From: Mantamonas sphyraenae STR306
Lineage: Eukaryota > Protista > CRuMs
DNA: 64,000 bases
Reading direction: 5' to 3'
NCBI GenBank assembly: GCA_026936335.1
Contig: JAPMXV010000043.1
Span: forward strand, 310,001-374,000
Part shown: positions 14,059 to 24,607 of the stretch, piece after piece
Layout: each line of letters starts with the position of its first letter
Position numbering within the stretch: the stretch's first letter is position 1
The notes under the pieces: generated by a model
The model's database searches: none
The model's input: only the letters and a program-made list of their open reading frames with translations
Told to the model about the DNA's origin: nothing
Position numbers and translations under genes: made by a program

Positions 14059-15206
14059 TCTCGGCGAGACGTGAGGCGTGGGTGGTCGCCGGCATTTCCG
14101 AGCGTGATCCAACCCTCACACCTTCCCCCGCTCCCAACTCAGGTCAACTGGCGTTTTCTTGGTCGCATGCCTCCCAGCACAGAGGAGGAATGGCAGGCTG
14201 AGTTTGACGAGTACAAGCAGTATCCCGAGTGGGACAAGTGAGTGCCTCACCCCCTCACAGTGTGAACCTCCGAAGAGCGCCCGCTCGCTGACACTGCACG
14301 TGTGCGCATGCACATCGTCACAGACTCAACCGAAACATGACTTTGGACGAGTTTAAGCGCATCTTTTGGTACGAGTATGCACACCGGATGCTGGGACGGG
14401 CGATCGGGGCGTACTGGTTGTTGCCCATGGGTGGCTTCTGGGCCGCCGGGTGGTTTGAACACTCGCGGTTCATGAAGCGTCGATCCGCCCTCATTCTGTC
14501 CATGATTGTGGGACAGGGGTTGATTGGATGGTACATGGTCAAGAGTGGCCTGGAGGAGGAACGGTTTGCAGGCAACAACTCTCGCCCCACCGTCAGCCCC
14601 TACCGTCTCGCCTTGCATCTGGGTTCCGCCTTTGTCATTTATGTTACCATGTTGGCCACCTACATGAATGTGGCCCCGTCTCGGGACACCCTCTTCCGTG
14701 CCATGGCCCCCGTCTCCAAGCGCTTGCGCTTCCTGCGTGGTGCCTCCCACGGCCTCATGGGCCTCGTCTACCTCACCGCCATCTCGGGTGCCTTTGTGGC
14801 CGGTCTCGACGCAGGTTTGGTGTACAACGAGTTCCCCTGGATGGGCGAGGGGCTCGTGCCGGAAGACCTGATTGACCCCAATCTGACTCCTGCCTGGCGC
14901 AATCTGTTTGAGAATCACACCACCGCCCAGTTTGACCACCGCTACCTGGGCATCACCACGTACACGGCCATCACCGCACTGTTTCTCTATGCCCGTCGTC
15001 ACTTTGGTGCGCTGCCGCCCGTGATGCGTGCTTCGTTGTGGTCCATGCTGCTCATGGCCAACGTCCAGGTGGGGTTGGGCATCTGGACTCTCCTCGAGTA
15101 TGTTCCTGTGCACTTGGGTGCCATGCATCAGGCTGGCTCCCTCACCCTCCTCTCCGTTGCTGTCTGGCTTGCCAACAACGCCAAGCGCATGCCCCTGGCC
15201 AAGTGA
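13456..15206 (+). CDS. COX15: Heme A synthase COX15 (mitochondrial)
   Basis: GGVTRLTESGLSM | VNWR..EFDEYKQYPE | FKRIFWYEYAHRMLGR, QGLIGWYMVKSGL, VSPYRLALHL, AGLVYNEFPWMG, HQAGSL; introns ~13999-14142 and ~14238-14323; basic N-terminal presequence. Confidence 0.95.
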
Positions 15207-15323
15207 TGTGTGTCTGTGTGTGCATCAATGAAGCGAGAATGAAGAGAGGGAATGTGCTTTTGCATTGCACGACAACGTTGCATTGACAGCACAACGACAC
15301 ACAGACAGACATTTGCTCAACAC

Positions 15324-18114
15324 TCATTGGCGTCCACCCACACCGCTGCCTGCGTCGGTGCTTGCCACCACGCCGCTGGCACTGGCCACGGTGGTCACCT
15401 TGCCAAACTGCGCCTCGTTGGCCGGGTACATGGCATCGATGAGGTCCCCGTAGCGCTGCTGCACAATGCGTCGCTTCATCTTGAGGGTGGGTGTGATTTC
15501 ACCGTCCTCCACGGAAAAGTCCTTGGGCAACAGGCGGAACTGCTTCAGCTGCTCGTACTTGGCCAGCTCCTGGTTGGTGCGCTTAATCACATCCTCCACG
15601 TACGTCTTGACTGCCTCCTCCTTGATGAACGACTCCAGACCTTTGAAGGGCAGACCCAGCCTGCCCGCAAGCGCCTCCGCCTGCTCCGGATCCAGCGTGA
15701 TCAGCGCCACCAGATACTTGCGCTGGTCGCCAATGACACAGGCCTGCGAGATGACAGGATCCAACTTGAGCTTGCCTTCGATGTTCTGCGGCGCCACGTT
15801 CTTGCCACCGGCAGTGACGATGATGTCCTTCAGGCGATCGGTGATCTTCAGGTAGTTCTCGTCCGTCCAGGTGCCCACGTCGCCCGTGTGCAGGTATCCG
15901 GCGGCGTCCACCGTCTCGGCCGTCTTTTCCTCGTTCTTGTAGTAGCCCAGAAAGACGTTGGGGCCTCGGCAGAGGATCTCGCCGTTCTTCGGGTCCAAAC
16001 GCACCTCCACACCGGGCAACGCGGTGCCCACGGTGCCCCCTCGGATGCCGTTGATCGGGTTGGCACTCAGCACACCCGTGGACTCTGTCTGGCCGTACAC
16101 CTCGCGGATGTCCAACCCCATGGCGCCAAAAAAGTTGGCAATCTCACCGGCCAGCGGCGCAGCACCGCTGATCAGCGTTTCGCATCGGTCCAACCCCAAC
16201 GCAGCACGGATCTTGCTGGCCAGAAGTGCGTCAAACAGGGCCCAACGGAAGGCCAGCCAGCCTGTGGGCAGCTGGCCGTTGTTGCGCAGGTCACGCACCT
16301 CTGCGCCGGCCTCCAAGGTCCAGTCGATCAGCTTGCGCTTGATGCCTGTGGCCAGCGCAAACTTGCTCTGCACACCGTCGTAGAACTTCTCCCACAGACG
16401 GGGCACACACAGGAGCACGGTGGGGCGCACCTCGGTGATGTAGTCCTTGACAGCCTTGATGTCGGCAAACTTGACGGTGTTGCCCAGACGGATGGCCACC
16501 AGTTCGCCCTGCAGCCGTTCCGCAATGTGACACAGGGGCAGGAAGGAGAGCGAGATGAGGCCTCCCACGCCGCCCATCATGTCACCCAGGGTGCTTGCCA
16601 TAAACATCAGGTTCTTGTGCGTGTACATGGCTCCCTTGGGCTTGCCTGTGGTGCCACTGGTGTACACCATCATGCAAAACGTGTCCGGCGTCACACTGCG
16701 TGCCATCTTCTCCACCGTGTTGCGCTTCTGTTCGTAGATGTCGTCGCCGGACGTCAGAAAGTCGTCCCAGCCCAGCACGTCATCCGGCAGGTCGTCTCCA
16801 GGCTCCAAACACACCACCAGACTCAGTGCCTTGCCATCTTCATCGCGATCACGCCATCCATCGGTCTTTGCCAGCTGGGCGGCGTTTTCCACAATCAACA
16901 CCTTGGTGTCGCTGTGTTCCACCACATACTGCACGTTTTCGGGCGTCTCGTTGGGGTAGATGCCCACTCCAACACCTCCCAAGCACATGGCTGCCAGGTC
17001 GCAGTACAGCCACTCGGGTCGGTTGCTGCTCAGCACACACACCTTGTCCCCGGGCTCAAACTCAAACGCCTGCAGCGAGCACGCCACACGCGACACCCAC
17101 TCGCCATACTCCATCCACGTGATGTCGTTCCACGTGTCTATGGCACACGCATGGTGTGAGTGATCTCATGGGGTGGCAGTTGGGCCCACGGCGCGGTAAA
17201 GGGCACGCGACACAGAAATGGGGAAATGAAATGCAAACGCCGCGCCAAAACAGGGAAGCGCGTTTGGATGGGTTTCCTCCATCACGTACTGTTCTTCTGC
17301 TTGATGCTGAGTGCTGTCTCCTTGAGACCCAAGTCGTGCACCTGGCGGAAGAACACCTGCAAGATGGTCTTTTCCTGGGTGGCAAGCACAGACTTGGAGG
17401 CCACTGGGGGGGTGAGGGAAAATTGGGGTGTCAGCGAGACGGTGTTCGGGCCCGTATTGCGGCTCACAGGGAGACGGAAGGCAGGAAGCAAATGGGTGAG
17501 GGGTCAGCATGGCAACGTACTGGATCGCTCCTTGGCGAGGAGGGGCGTACGCACGTCTTCAACGTCGATGGCGGCGTCGCCAAGTTGGCGCCAACGATTG
17601 GGCTGAGCACAGAAGAGGAAGAACTGGGCCAGGGCGGCGGCGTAGGACCACACAAACAGCACAAGGGTGGTGGCAAGGGCAGCGGCAGCCTGGCTGTTGG
17701 CCAGCTTGGCGGAGAGGAAGGCAATGGAGCCGACAGTGGTGAAAAGGACGGGCAGCAAGCTGAACGACTGGGCGCCCGTGTACGCGACAATGAGAATGAC
17801 GGCGCGCACAATGGACAGAAGCTGCGGGAGGAAGGGGTCGAGGCAAGCACACACATGGGTGGGTGGGATGATGGAGGGTCGTGTCAGCATGGTTGTGGGA
17901 GGGCGAGCATGTGCAGTGGAGCAGTGCGTACCAAAACGTCTGCGTTCGACGTGGCAAACGAGTACTCGTCAACCTGGGTCCGCAGATACCCGGACAGCTC
18001 TTGGTTCCATCCAACAATCACAAACACAATTAAGGACACAATGACATCGCACAGGGACACAAAGCCCCACACCCATCGACCCTGCTGGGCCATGGATTCT
18101 TTTTGAGCTGCCAT
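15324..18114 (-). CDS. MENTAL (MLN64/STARD3 N-terminal) domain fused to long-chain acyl-CoA synthetase (ANL/AMP-binding), ~803 aa
   Basis: Exons 18114-17932, 17821-17521, 17403-17290 and 17137-15324 join in frame via GT-AG introns. ACSL motifs YTSGTTGKPKG, SFLPLCHIAER, YGQTE, LHTGDVG, RLKDIIVTAGGKNVAP, TPTLKMKR. The N-terminal 4-TM region matches the MENTAL pattern. ACSL identity is near certain; the fusion is inferred. Confidence 0.75.
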
Positions 18115-18567
18115 GTTCGCTCGCAAAGAAGAGTTGGCGAAATCGACGCCGGGGCTGACCGAACGGGATGGACCCAATGAATGCAAATGCTCGTTGCGAT
18201 TCTTCCCTCTGCGTGGGCATGTGTGAAGGTCGGTGAAAACCGTGGTAGGGACAGGAATGTCCCCGGGGGGGGGGGGGGGGGAAGGCAACGAGAATCGACG
18301 CACGAAGGACCTTGCATGACCACGTCAGCTCTATGACCACCCGATTATGTGCAGGGCCGGGAAACGGCAGCACTATTGGAATGGAACACGTCGAGTTGGA
18401 CGCACTGTGAAGCAAATGGTCTGCTGAAAACCTTTGATCCAATTCCCCGATCCTGGACAGCGAGTCGAGCACACAGCCACCTCCTACATGCGCGTTCTTG
18501 CTCCTGGGCTGGTTGTTGGGTCGATTGTATGATGCAGAATTCATTGGGGTCTAGCTTTCAATGGGTT

Positions 18568-19028
18568 TCATTGGCTGCTTGAGGAAGACGCAGACGCAGC
18601 AGAAATGGAGGAGGAAGAGGAGGAGACAGAGACGGGTGTGCTGTCGTCGTTTGCAAGAGTGGCGTCGTCGACAGAGGGAGGGCTGGGATCGTGGTCGATG
18701 ATGTCTCGTGTGGGCCCATCGAGACCCCGCTCGTCGACCGGCCGGGGAACACCGTCACGAGGCAACCATCGTCCATCCTGAAACACAAGGCCGTGCTTGT
18801 CACCGTATTCTTTCATGAGAGTACGCACACTGAGAGGGCGCATGTCGGTCCACTCCTTCTCGATGTAGTCAAGGCAGTCGTCTTTGGTACCTCTCACGCC
18901 AACCTCCTTCCACCCCGATGGGATGCCGTCCCCCACCATTCACCCCAAATGGAGTATTGCAACTCGTCGTTGATCACCACTGTAAACTCCTGGTGCTCGT
19001 CCGGGTTGTATTCGTCGTCACTATCCAT
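18568..19028 (-). CDS. MbtH-like protein with acidic/Ser-rich C-terminal extension (1-nt frameshift at G5 run)
   Basis: FTVVINDELQYSIW in one frame and IPSGWKEVGVRGTKDDCLDYIEKEWTDMRPLSVR in the next match the MbtH signature NxExQxSxWP..PxGW..L..I..WTDMRP. One extra G at 18930-18934 restores a 153-aa ORF. Confidence 0.85.
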
Positions 19029-19378
19029 CTCGGCCGCGTCTCGTTTGCCAAACTTGGGCTCCGCTGCGCACCATCCTCATTCCCTTGCCTTGCCCTCCCT
19101 TGATGGTCGTTCATACGCCCTGGCATGTGCCTATGCATGCACAGCTGCTGTGGAGGAGACTGCGCCAAGAAGTGTCTCCCCGACCATGGGTGGTTGCAGC
19201 AACCTTCAGCGGTGTGCTCGACAATTTTCAGGCGTGTGGGAGATTCAGTCGGAATGGGTACATGTGCATAGTGTGTGGCATTTGTGCGCCATCCACACAC
19301 CCTGTTGTCAACCACCAGTGATGCCAACATGGGCGTGAGTGAGGGGCGCCGGAAGGACCAATCCTTCCGTGGACAAAG

Positions 19379-21028
19379 ATGAGCACCGCCAAGTCGTTGG
19401 ACGACAAGGCCATTTGGGAGGATGACGAGTCGGACGTGGATCTGTCGGAGTTGGAGAAGCTGACGGTGGACGAGATTGAGGCTCGCAGCCGGGCTCTGGA
19501 CAACGAGATCAAGGTGATGCGCAGCAGCGAAACCAGCTACTCGCACGACATTAAGGAGCTGCAGGCCCAGCTGGCTGAGAACAACTCCAAGATTAAGCTC
19601 AATCGCCAGCTGCCGTATCTTGTGTCCAATATTGTGGAGGTGAGTGGGAGTGTGAGTGGGAGGAAAGAGGGAACCAGGAGTTGGATGCTCACACGCCAGC
19701 GCCGGGGGCGGAATTGCCAACAGATTCTCGACCTGGACGACGAGGATGAGGAGGAGGACGGCGATGCAGTGGAGCTCACAGCACAGATCAAGGAGAAGTG
19801 CACGGTGATCAAGACATCCACGCGACAGGTAGGTTGTGGCATGTGGAGGAGCATGGCCGGAAAGGGAAGGGCGAGAGGCACATTTTGGCGGGATCGACCC
19901 ACTCACACACACACTCATGGTGCGGCGTTTGTGTCCACACAGACCATCTTCCTGCCCGTGGTGGGCCTTGTGGATGCCGACAAGCTGCGTCCGGGTGACC
20001 TCGTGGGCGTCAACAAGGACAGCTACCTGGTGCTGGACACCCTGCCGGCCGAGTGCGTTTGGAAGCGTTTTCCCCTCTTCCGGCCCCATTGCTTTTGAGA
20101 TGCCAAACGTGCTGACACCCCTGGGACGACCATTGTGGACACGCACACGCACACACATTGCACAACCCACGGCACACGCACACACGCACCCAACCACACA
20201 ACCACACAGGTTCGACCCGCGTGTCAAGGCCATGGAGTGGATGAGAAGCCGACGGAGACGTTCAACGACATTGGCGGGGCGGACAAGCAGATCACAGAAC
20301 TGATGGAGGCAATTGTGCTGCCCATCGAGCAGGCAGACCGGTTTGCGGCCGTGGGCATCAAACCGCCCAAGGGCTGTCTGATGTACGGACCTCCGGGCAC
20401 GGGCAAGACGCTGCTTGCGCGTGCGTGTGCGGCACGCACCGAGTCCACGTTCCTGAAGCTGGCCGGCCCGCAGCTGGTGCAGATGTACATTGGCGACGGC
20501 GCACGAATGGTGCGGGACGCCTTTGCGCTGGCCAAGGAGAAGGCGCCGGCCATCATTTTTATCGACGAGATCGACGCGGTGGGCACGAAGCGATTCGACT
20601 CGGACAAGAGCGGAGACCGAGAGGTGCAGCGTACAATGCTGGAGCTGCTCAATCAACTCGATGGCTTCTCCTCCCACGAGGCCATCAAGGTCATTGCGGC
20701 CACCAACCGCATCGACATCCTGGACCCTGCCCTGTTGCGTTCGGGCCGTCTGGACCGCAAGATTGAGTTTCCGCTGCCGAATGAGGACGCACGCGCACAG
20801 ATCATGCGCATCCACTCGCGCAACATGTCTGTGGACAAGAATGTCAACTATGAGGAGCTGGCACGTTGCACAGAGGACTTTAACGGCGCTCAGCTCAAGG
20901 CCGTCTGTGTCGAAGCCGGCATGCTTGCCCTGCGTCGTGGCGGCGTCAAGCTCAACCACGAGGACTTTATGGATGGCATTGCCGCCGTGCAGGCCAAGAA
21001 GAAGGCTTCGCTGCAGTACTATGCGTGA
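19379..21028 (+). CDS. PSMC3: 26S proteasome AAA-ATPase Rpt5 (subunit 6A)
   Basis: [18 protein letters not shown]|[33 protein letters not shown]-terminal LQYYA; three introns (~19640-19723, ~19829-19943, ~20052-20209). Confidence 0.97.
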
Positions 21029-21109
21029 GTGGGGAGAGCTGTTGAATACACGTCGCTTCAAAAACACCGCAAACTCGTTTGTTTCTTCCCGGTTGTGAAG
21101 TGCAGGTTC

Positions 21110-21511
21110 TCATGACACCACAACAATCCCTGCTTCATCCTGTTTGACCGACTCCTCCATCGCTTCGCCGTTCAGCTGAGGAAGGCCGTCCTCGTCCAGC
21201 TTGTTTTTGGCTTGTTCAAGGCTCTCCGCGTACACCACAAGATGCTGGACTGTCTTCATGAGCTGGGACATCGAGTAGATGGCCGTAAGGTCCGACAACA
21301 CCGCACCACCAATGTAGATGTTCGCCGTGGTGTTGGACGCGGACGATCGCAAACCGAGTCGATGCAACACCGCTCGGTACGCCACCTTGCGTTCGAAGCC
21401 AATCAACGGGTGCAGCCACTTTGCTGCCAATGGATACTCGTTGGCGTACTGGCCAATTTGCTGCTCTGTGATGGCATCCTGTGGTCGTGGTGCGCTGCCT
21501 CCCGCTCCCAT
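21110..21511 (-). CDS. Small hypothetical protein with MGxxxS myristoylation-like N-terminus
   Basis: ORF MGAGGSAPRP... of 133 aa with coding-like codon use, filling the gap between RPT5 and the AlkB gene. Confidence 0.5.
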   Translation of the reverse strand: MGAGGSAPRPQDAITEQQIGQYANEYPLAAKWLHPLIGFERKVAYRAVLHRLGLRSSASNTTANIYIGGAVLSDLTAIYSMSQLMKTVQHLVVYAESLEQAKNKLDEDGLPQLNGEAMEESVKQDEAGIVVVS

Positions 21512-21558
21512 GGTTCCTTTTCCTTCCTCCCGCAGGCGCACATAGCACATCCCACTCC

Positions 21559-21566
21559 ATGTCGTC

Positions 21567-21601
<35 letters not shown>

Positions 21602-23329
21602 CCCCAGAACGATGCTGCGACATGGAGGAGTGTCCCTGTGCCACGGCACACGTGGACATCCCGGGTCTGCTGATCCTGCCAGACTTTGTGACCTCTGACG
21701 AAGAGCAGGCGTTGCTGGCACTCAAAGACTGGGAATCCAAGCTGGGCAACGACTCTGCACGACGCAGGGTCCAGCACTACGGACGCGTGTTTGACTACAG
21801 TCGAAGTGATGTTGCACAGGAGGCGCAGGAGGCACCGGCCGCGCTTCAGGCAGTGGGTGACCTCATTGTGTCCAGCGTGCCGCTCTTGTCTCACCTCTCC
21901 CACCTCGATCAGATCACATTGAACGAGTACGAACCGGGACAGGGGATCAAGGCCCATGTGGATAGGCACAGCGCGTTTGAAGACGGCATCATCTCCTTGA
22001 GTCTGGGCAGCGCCACAGTGATGAACCTGCGCGAAGGAGGCAGCAAGAAACGGCTGTTGAAACGGTTGTGGCTGCCTCGGCGTTCTCTCCTTGTGCTCAC
22101 GGGCTATGCACGATACGCAGTGCTGCATGAAATCGAAAAGCGCAGCGAGGACGCCTACGCGGGGGAGATGCACCCACGTGCACGACGCGTGTCAGCCACG
22201 TTTCGACAGGTACGCACGTGTCCATGTGCATGCCTATGGCCGCGTCTGTGTGATGCTGCCCATCTGCAGGACGGGTTTGCCAAGTTTCTGGCGGAGAACA
22301 CGGCAGAGGAGACACACATCGACCACGCATCCACGCCACCCGATTTCCCAGAGGATGTGTGGGCTTGTGTGGCGGAGCATCTGGACTTGTGTGACTGAAA
22401 GCTCTGGAAGAGGCGCTGGGAGTGGCGCTCAACGTTGCGCGTGTGCGTGGGGTGCACACAATCGCCAAGCCACACCTGCGTGTGTTTGATCACATGACAC
22501 AATTGCAGTGCGTCGATTTGCAGGGTTCCAAGATCAAGGACAAGACATGTGTAGCACTGGTTCGACGCTGTGCGGACACGCTGCACACGTGGCACATGGC
22601 CGAGTGCCAGAGTGTCAGTGACAAAACCCTGGATGCATTGGCACTGTACGGGACCAGGTTGCTCAGTGTCGATGCGTCGGGATGCACACGTATCACCCAA
22701 GACGGCGTGGTGAGGGTGGTGGAAGCGCGCGGCCACACCCTGCACAGCCTGTACATAGGACATGTAAAGACGGTGGATGACACCACCTTGTACACAATCG
22801 CACAGCACTGCTCGGCACTGCGTCGTCTGGACCTCCGTGGGAATGAGGAGGTGGGAGACGACGGCGTGTGCGGTGTGCTTCAGGCCATCCCAGGCCAACT
22901 GACATGGCTCAGCGTGCGAGGCTGCAGGAAACTGAGCGCTCACACACATGGACAACGCTTATGGGCAATGCAGGCAGTGCACTGTCCCACTTGGATGTGG
23001 AGGAGTGTCTGGGCATGGGCAACGATGCCCAACTCATCGTCACACAAGTGTCCACACAGACGCATACGGGGCCGCTGTTGCGCCATCTCAACCTCAAACG
23101 TACCCGTGGCATTGCCAACACGCTTCCATCCATGTCATGGCTATCCTGGACTGCCCTGCGTGAGCTGAATCTGTGTGTCACCGACACCGACGTCGACACC
23201 CTGGCCCATCTGCTTCATCACATCGACCATGCTACTGTCCTCGATGTCTCCTTTACTCCTGCCGCCCTCCTCATGACCGATTCCCTCACGGCAACTCTGG
23301 AAGCGTGTGTGGACCATCCAATCGCATGA
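21559..23329 (+). CDS. ALKBH8-like 2OG-Fe(II) dioxygenase with F-box-like and LRR domains (two probable indels)
   Basis: RRVQHYG, DQITLNEYEPGQGIKAHVD, ISLSLGS, HEI, RRVSATFR and the CPCACLWPRLCD Zn motif; then F-box-like FPEDVWACVAEHLD; then cysteine-containing LRRs. Frame breaks at ~22395 and ~22945. Confidence 0.75.
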
Positions 23330-23377
23330 TGATGACCCTTCCCTCCCCTCCCCTCCCCCCAAACCCCCCCGTGTCTC

Positions 23378-24541
23378 TCACTCCACACGCTGCCTCTTGC
23401 CACCCTCTGCGTCAGAAAGGACGGTGACGTGTGATGCCCCTTCATCCATGTCCTCGCGTGAACGCTTGACACTGCTGGGAAAGGTGGGCAGGGCCGTGTG
23501 GTGCACTGGCAGGGGACTCTCTGAGAACCATGGGTGCAAGAGTGCGTCTGCTGCAGTGATGCGTCGTTGTGGGTCGTATGCCAGCATGCGCATGAGCAGA
23601 TCCAGCCCTGTGTCGGAGAGAGGCACGTCTTCAAGCAGACTGCGCAGGTGATTGTATGGTTGGGCACCGAAGCTGATCCCCTTGGGATTGGGCATCTCCA
23701 TGATGTCTGGCCAGATGTTGCGTGTCGGTGCACCCAGCACCTTGACAATGGCTCGGAACTGCGACACCTCCGAGTCGCCCATGAACAACGCCTTGCCACT
23801 CAGCAACTCCGCAAAGATGCACCCCACACTCCACATGTCCACCGCCGTCCCGTAGGTCTTTGCGCCCAGTAGCAGCTCGGGGGAGCGGTACCACAGTGTC
23901 ACCACGTTGTTGGACGGCGTAAACACACGCAGAGGTTCGCCGTACCTGCGCGCCAACCCAAAGTCGCACAGTTTCAGCACGCCACGGTCGCCCATGAGGA
24001 TGTTTTCCGGTTTGATGTCCCTGTGGATGACCCATCGGTCGTGGAGGTAGGCCACACTCAGCAGCAGTTGTTGTAGCAGACACTTGGTGTGGGCAATGCT
24101 GAACCCACCCTTCCTCTTGCTCGTCAGCGTGTGCAGGTCGTGGTCGCAGAATTCCATGGCCATGTAAAAGTTCATGTGGACATCCACCACCACTTCCAAC
24201 ACATTGACAAGGTTCTCATGCTCCAGTGCCACTAGCAGCGACACCTCCCGCAGACTGCTCAGCGGGAACCCCTCCTCGTCCTGCAACGCCTTCCGGATCT
24301 TGATTTTCTTCAGTGCCACAATCCTTCCCGTTTCTTTCTCCTTGGCTTTGACTGTGTGTGTGTGTGTGTGTGGTGTGGTGTTGGTTGCTCATTGCTACGT
24401 CCTCTCTCCTCTCCCACACTGCCAGGACCACTTACACACAAGGCCGTACGTGCCCTCGTTGATGGTTCCCAACTGTACATACGCCTCGTCGATGTCTCGG
24501 CATCCCGACCACCATGTGGACGGCTTCTTCGCAACCGACAT
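23378..24541 (-). CDS. Cyclin-dependent kinase, CDK10/CDK11 (PITSLRE) family
   Basis: GTINEGTYG, VALKK, EEGFPLSSLRE, HRDIK, CDFGLAR, VVTLWYRSPELLLG; intron 24352-24435. Confidence 0.9.
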
Positions 24542-24607
24542 GCCAGCTCTCTCGTCCACAACAAACCCTGGCCGTCCTGGCGCACTCCATTCCACACCTA
24601 TGTGTGT

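Noticed and set aside
18261-18282. Poly-G run between the MENTAL and MbtH genes as a G-quadruplex regulator
   Set aside because: A single homopolymer of unreliable length with no other support.
15252-21067. Long antisense ORFs (e.g. 15252-17159, 18974-21067; also 2180-4033, 47045-49000)
   Set aside because: Shadow ORFs of GC-biased codon usage opposite real genes, with no recognisable motifs.
22396-22398. TGA after the AlkB/F-box as selenocysteine (SepSecS is present)
   Set aside because: In-frame readthrough gives a short non-homologous peptide, whereas a 1-nt shift gives LRRs; no SECIS was identified.
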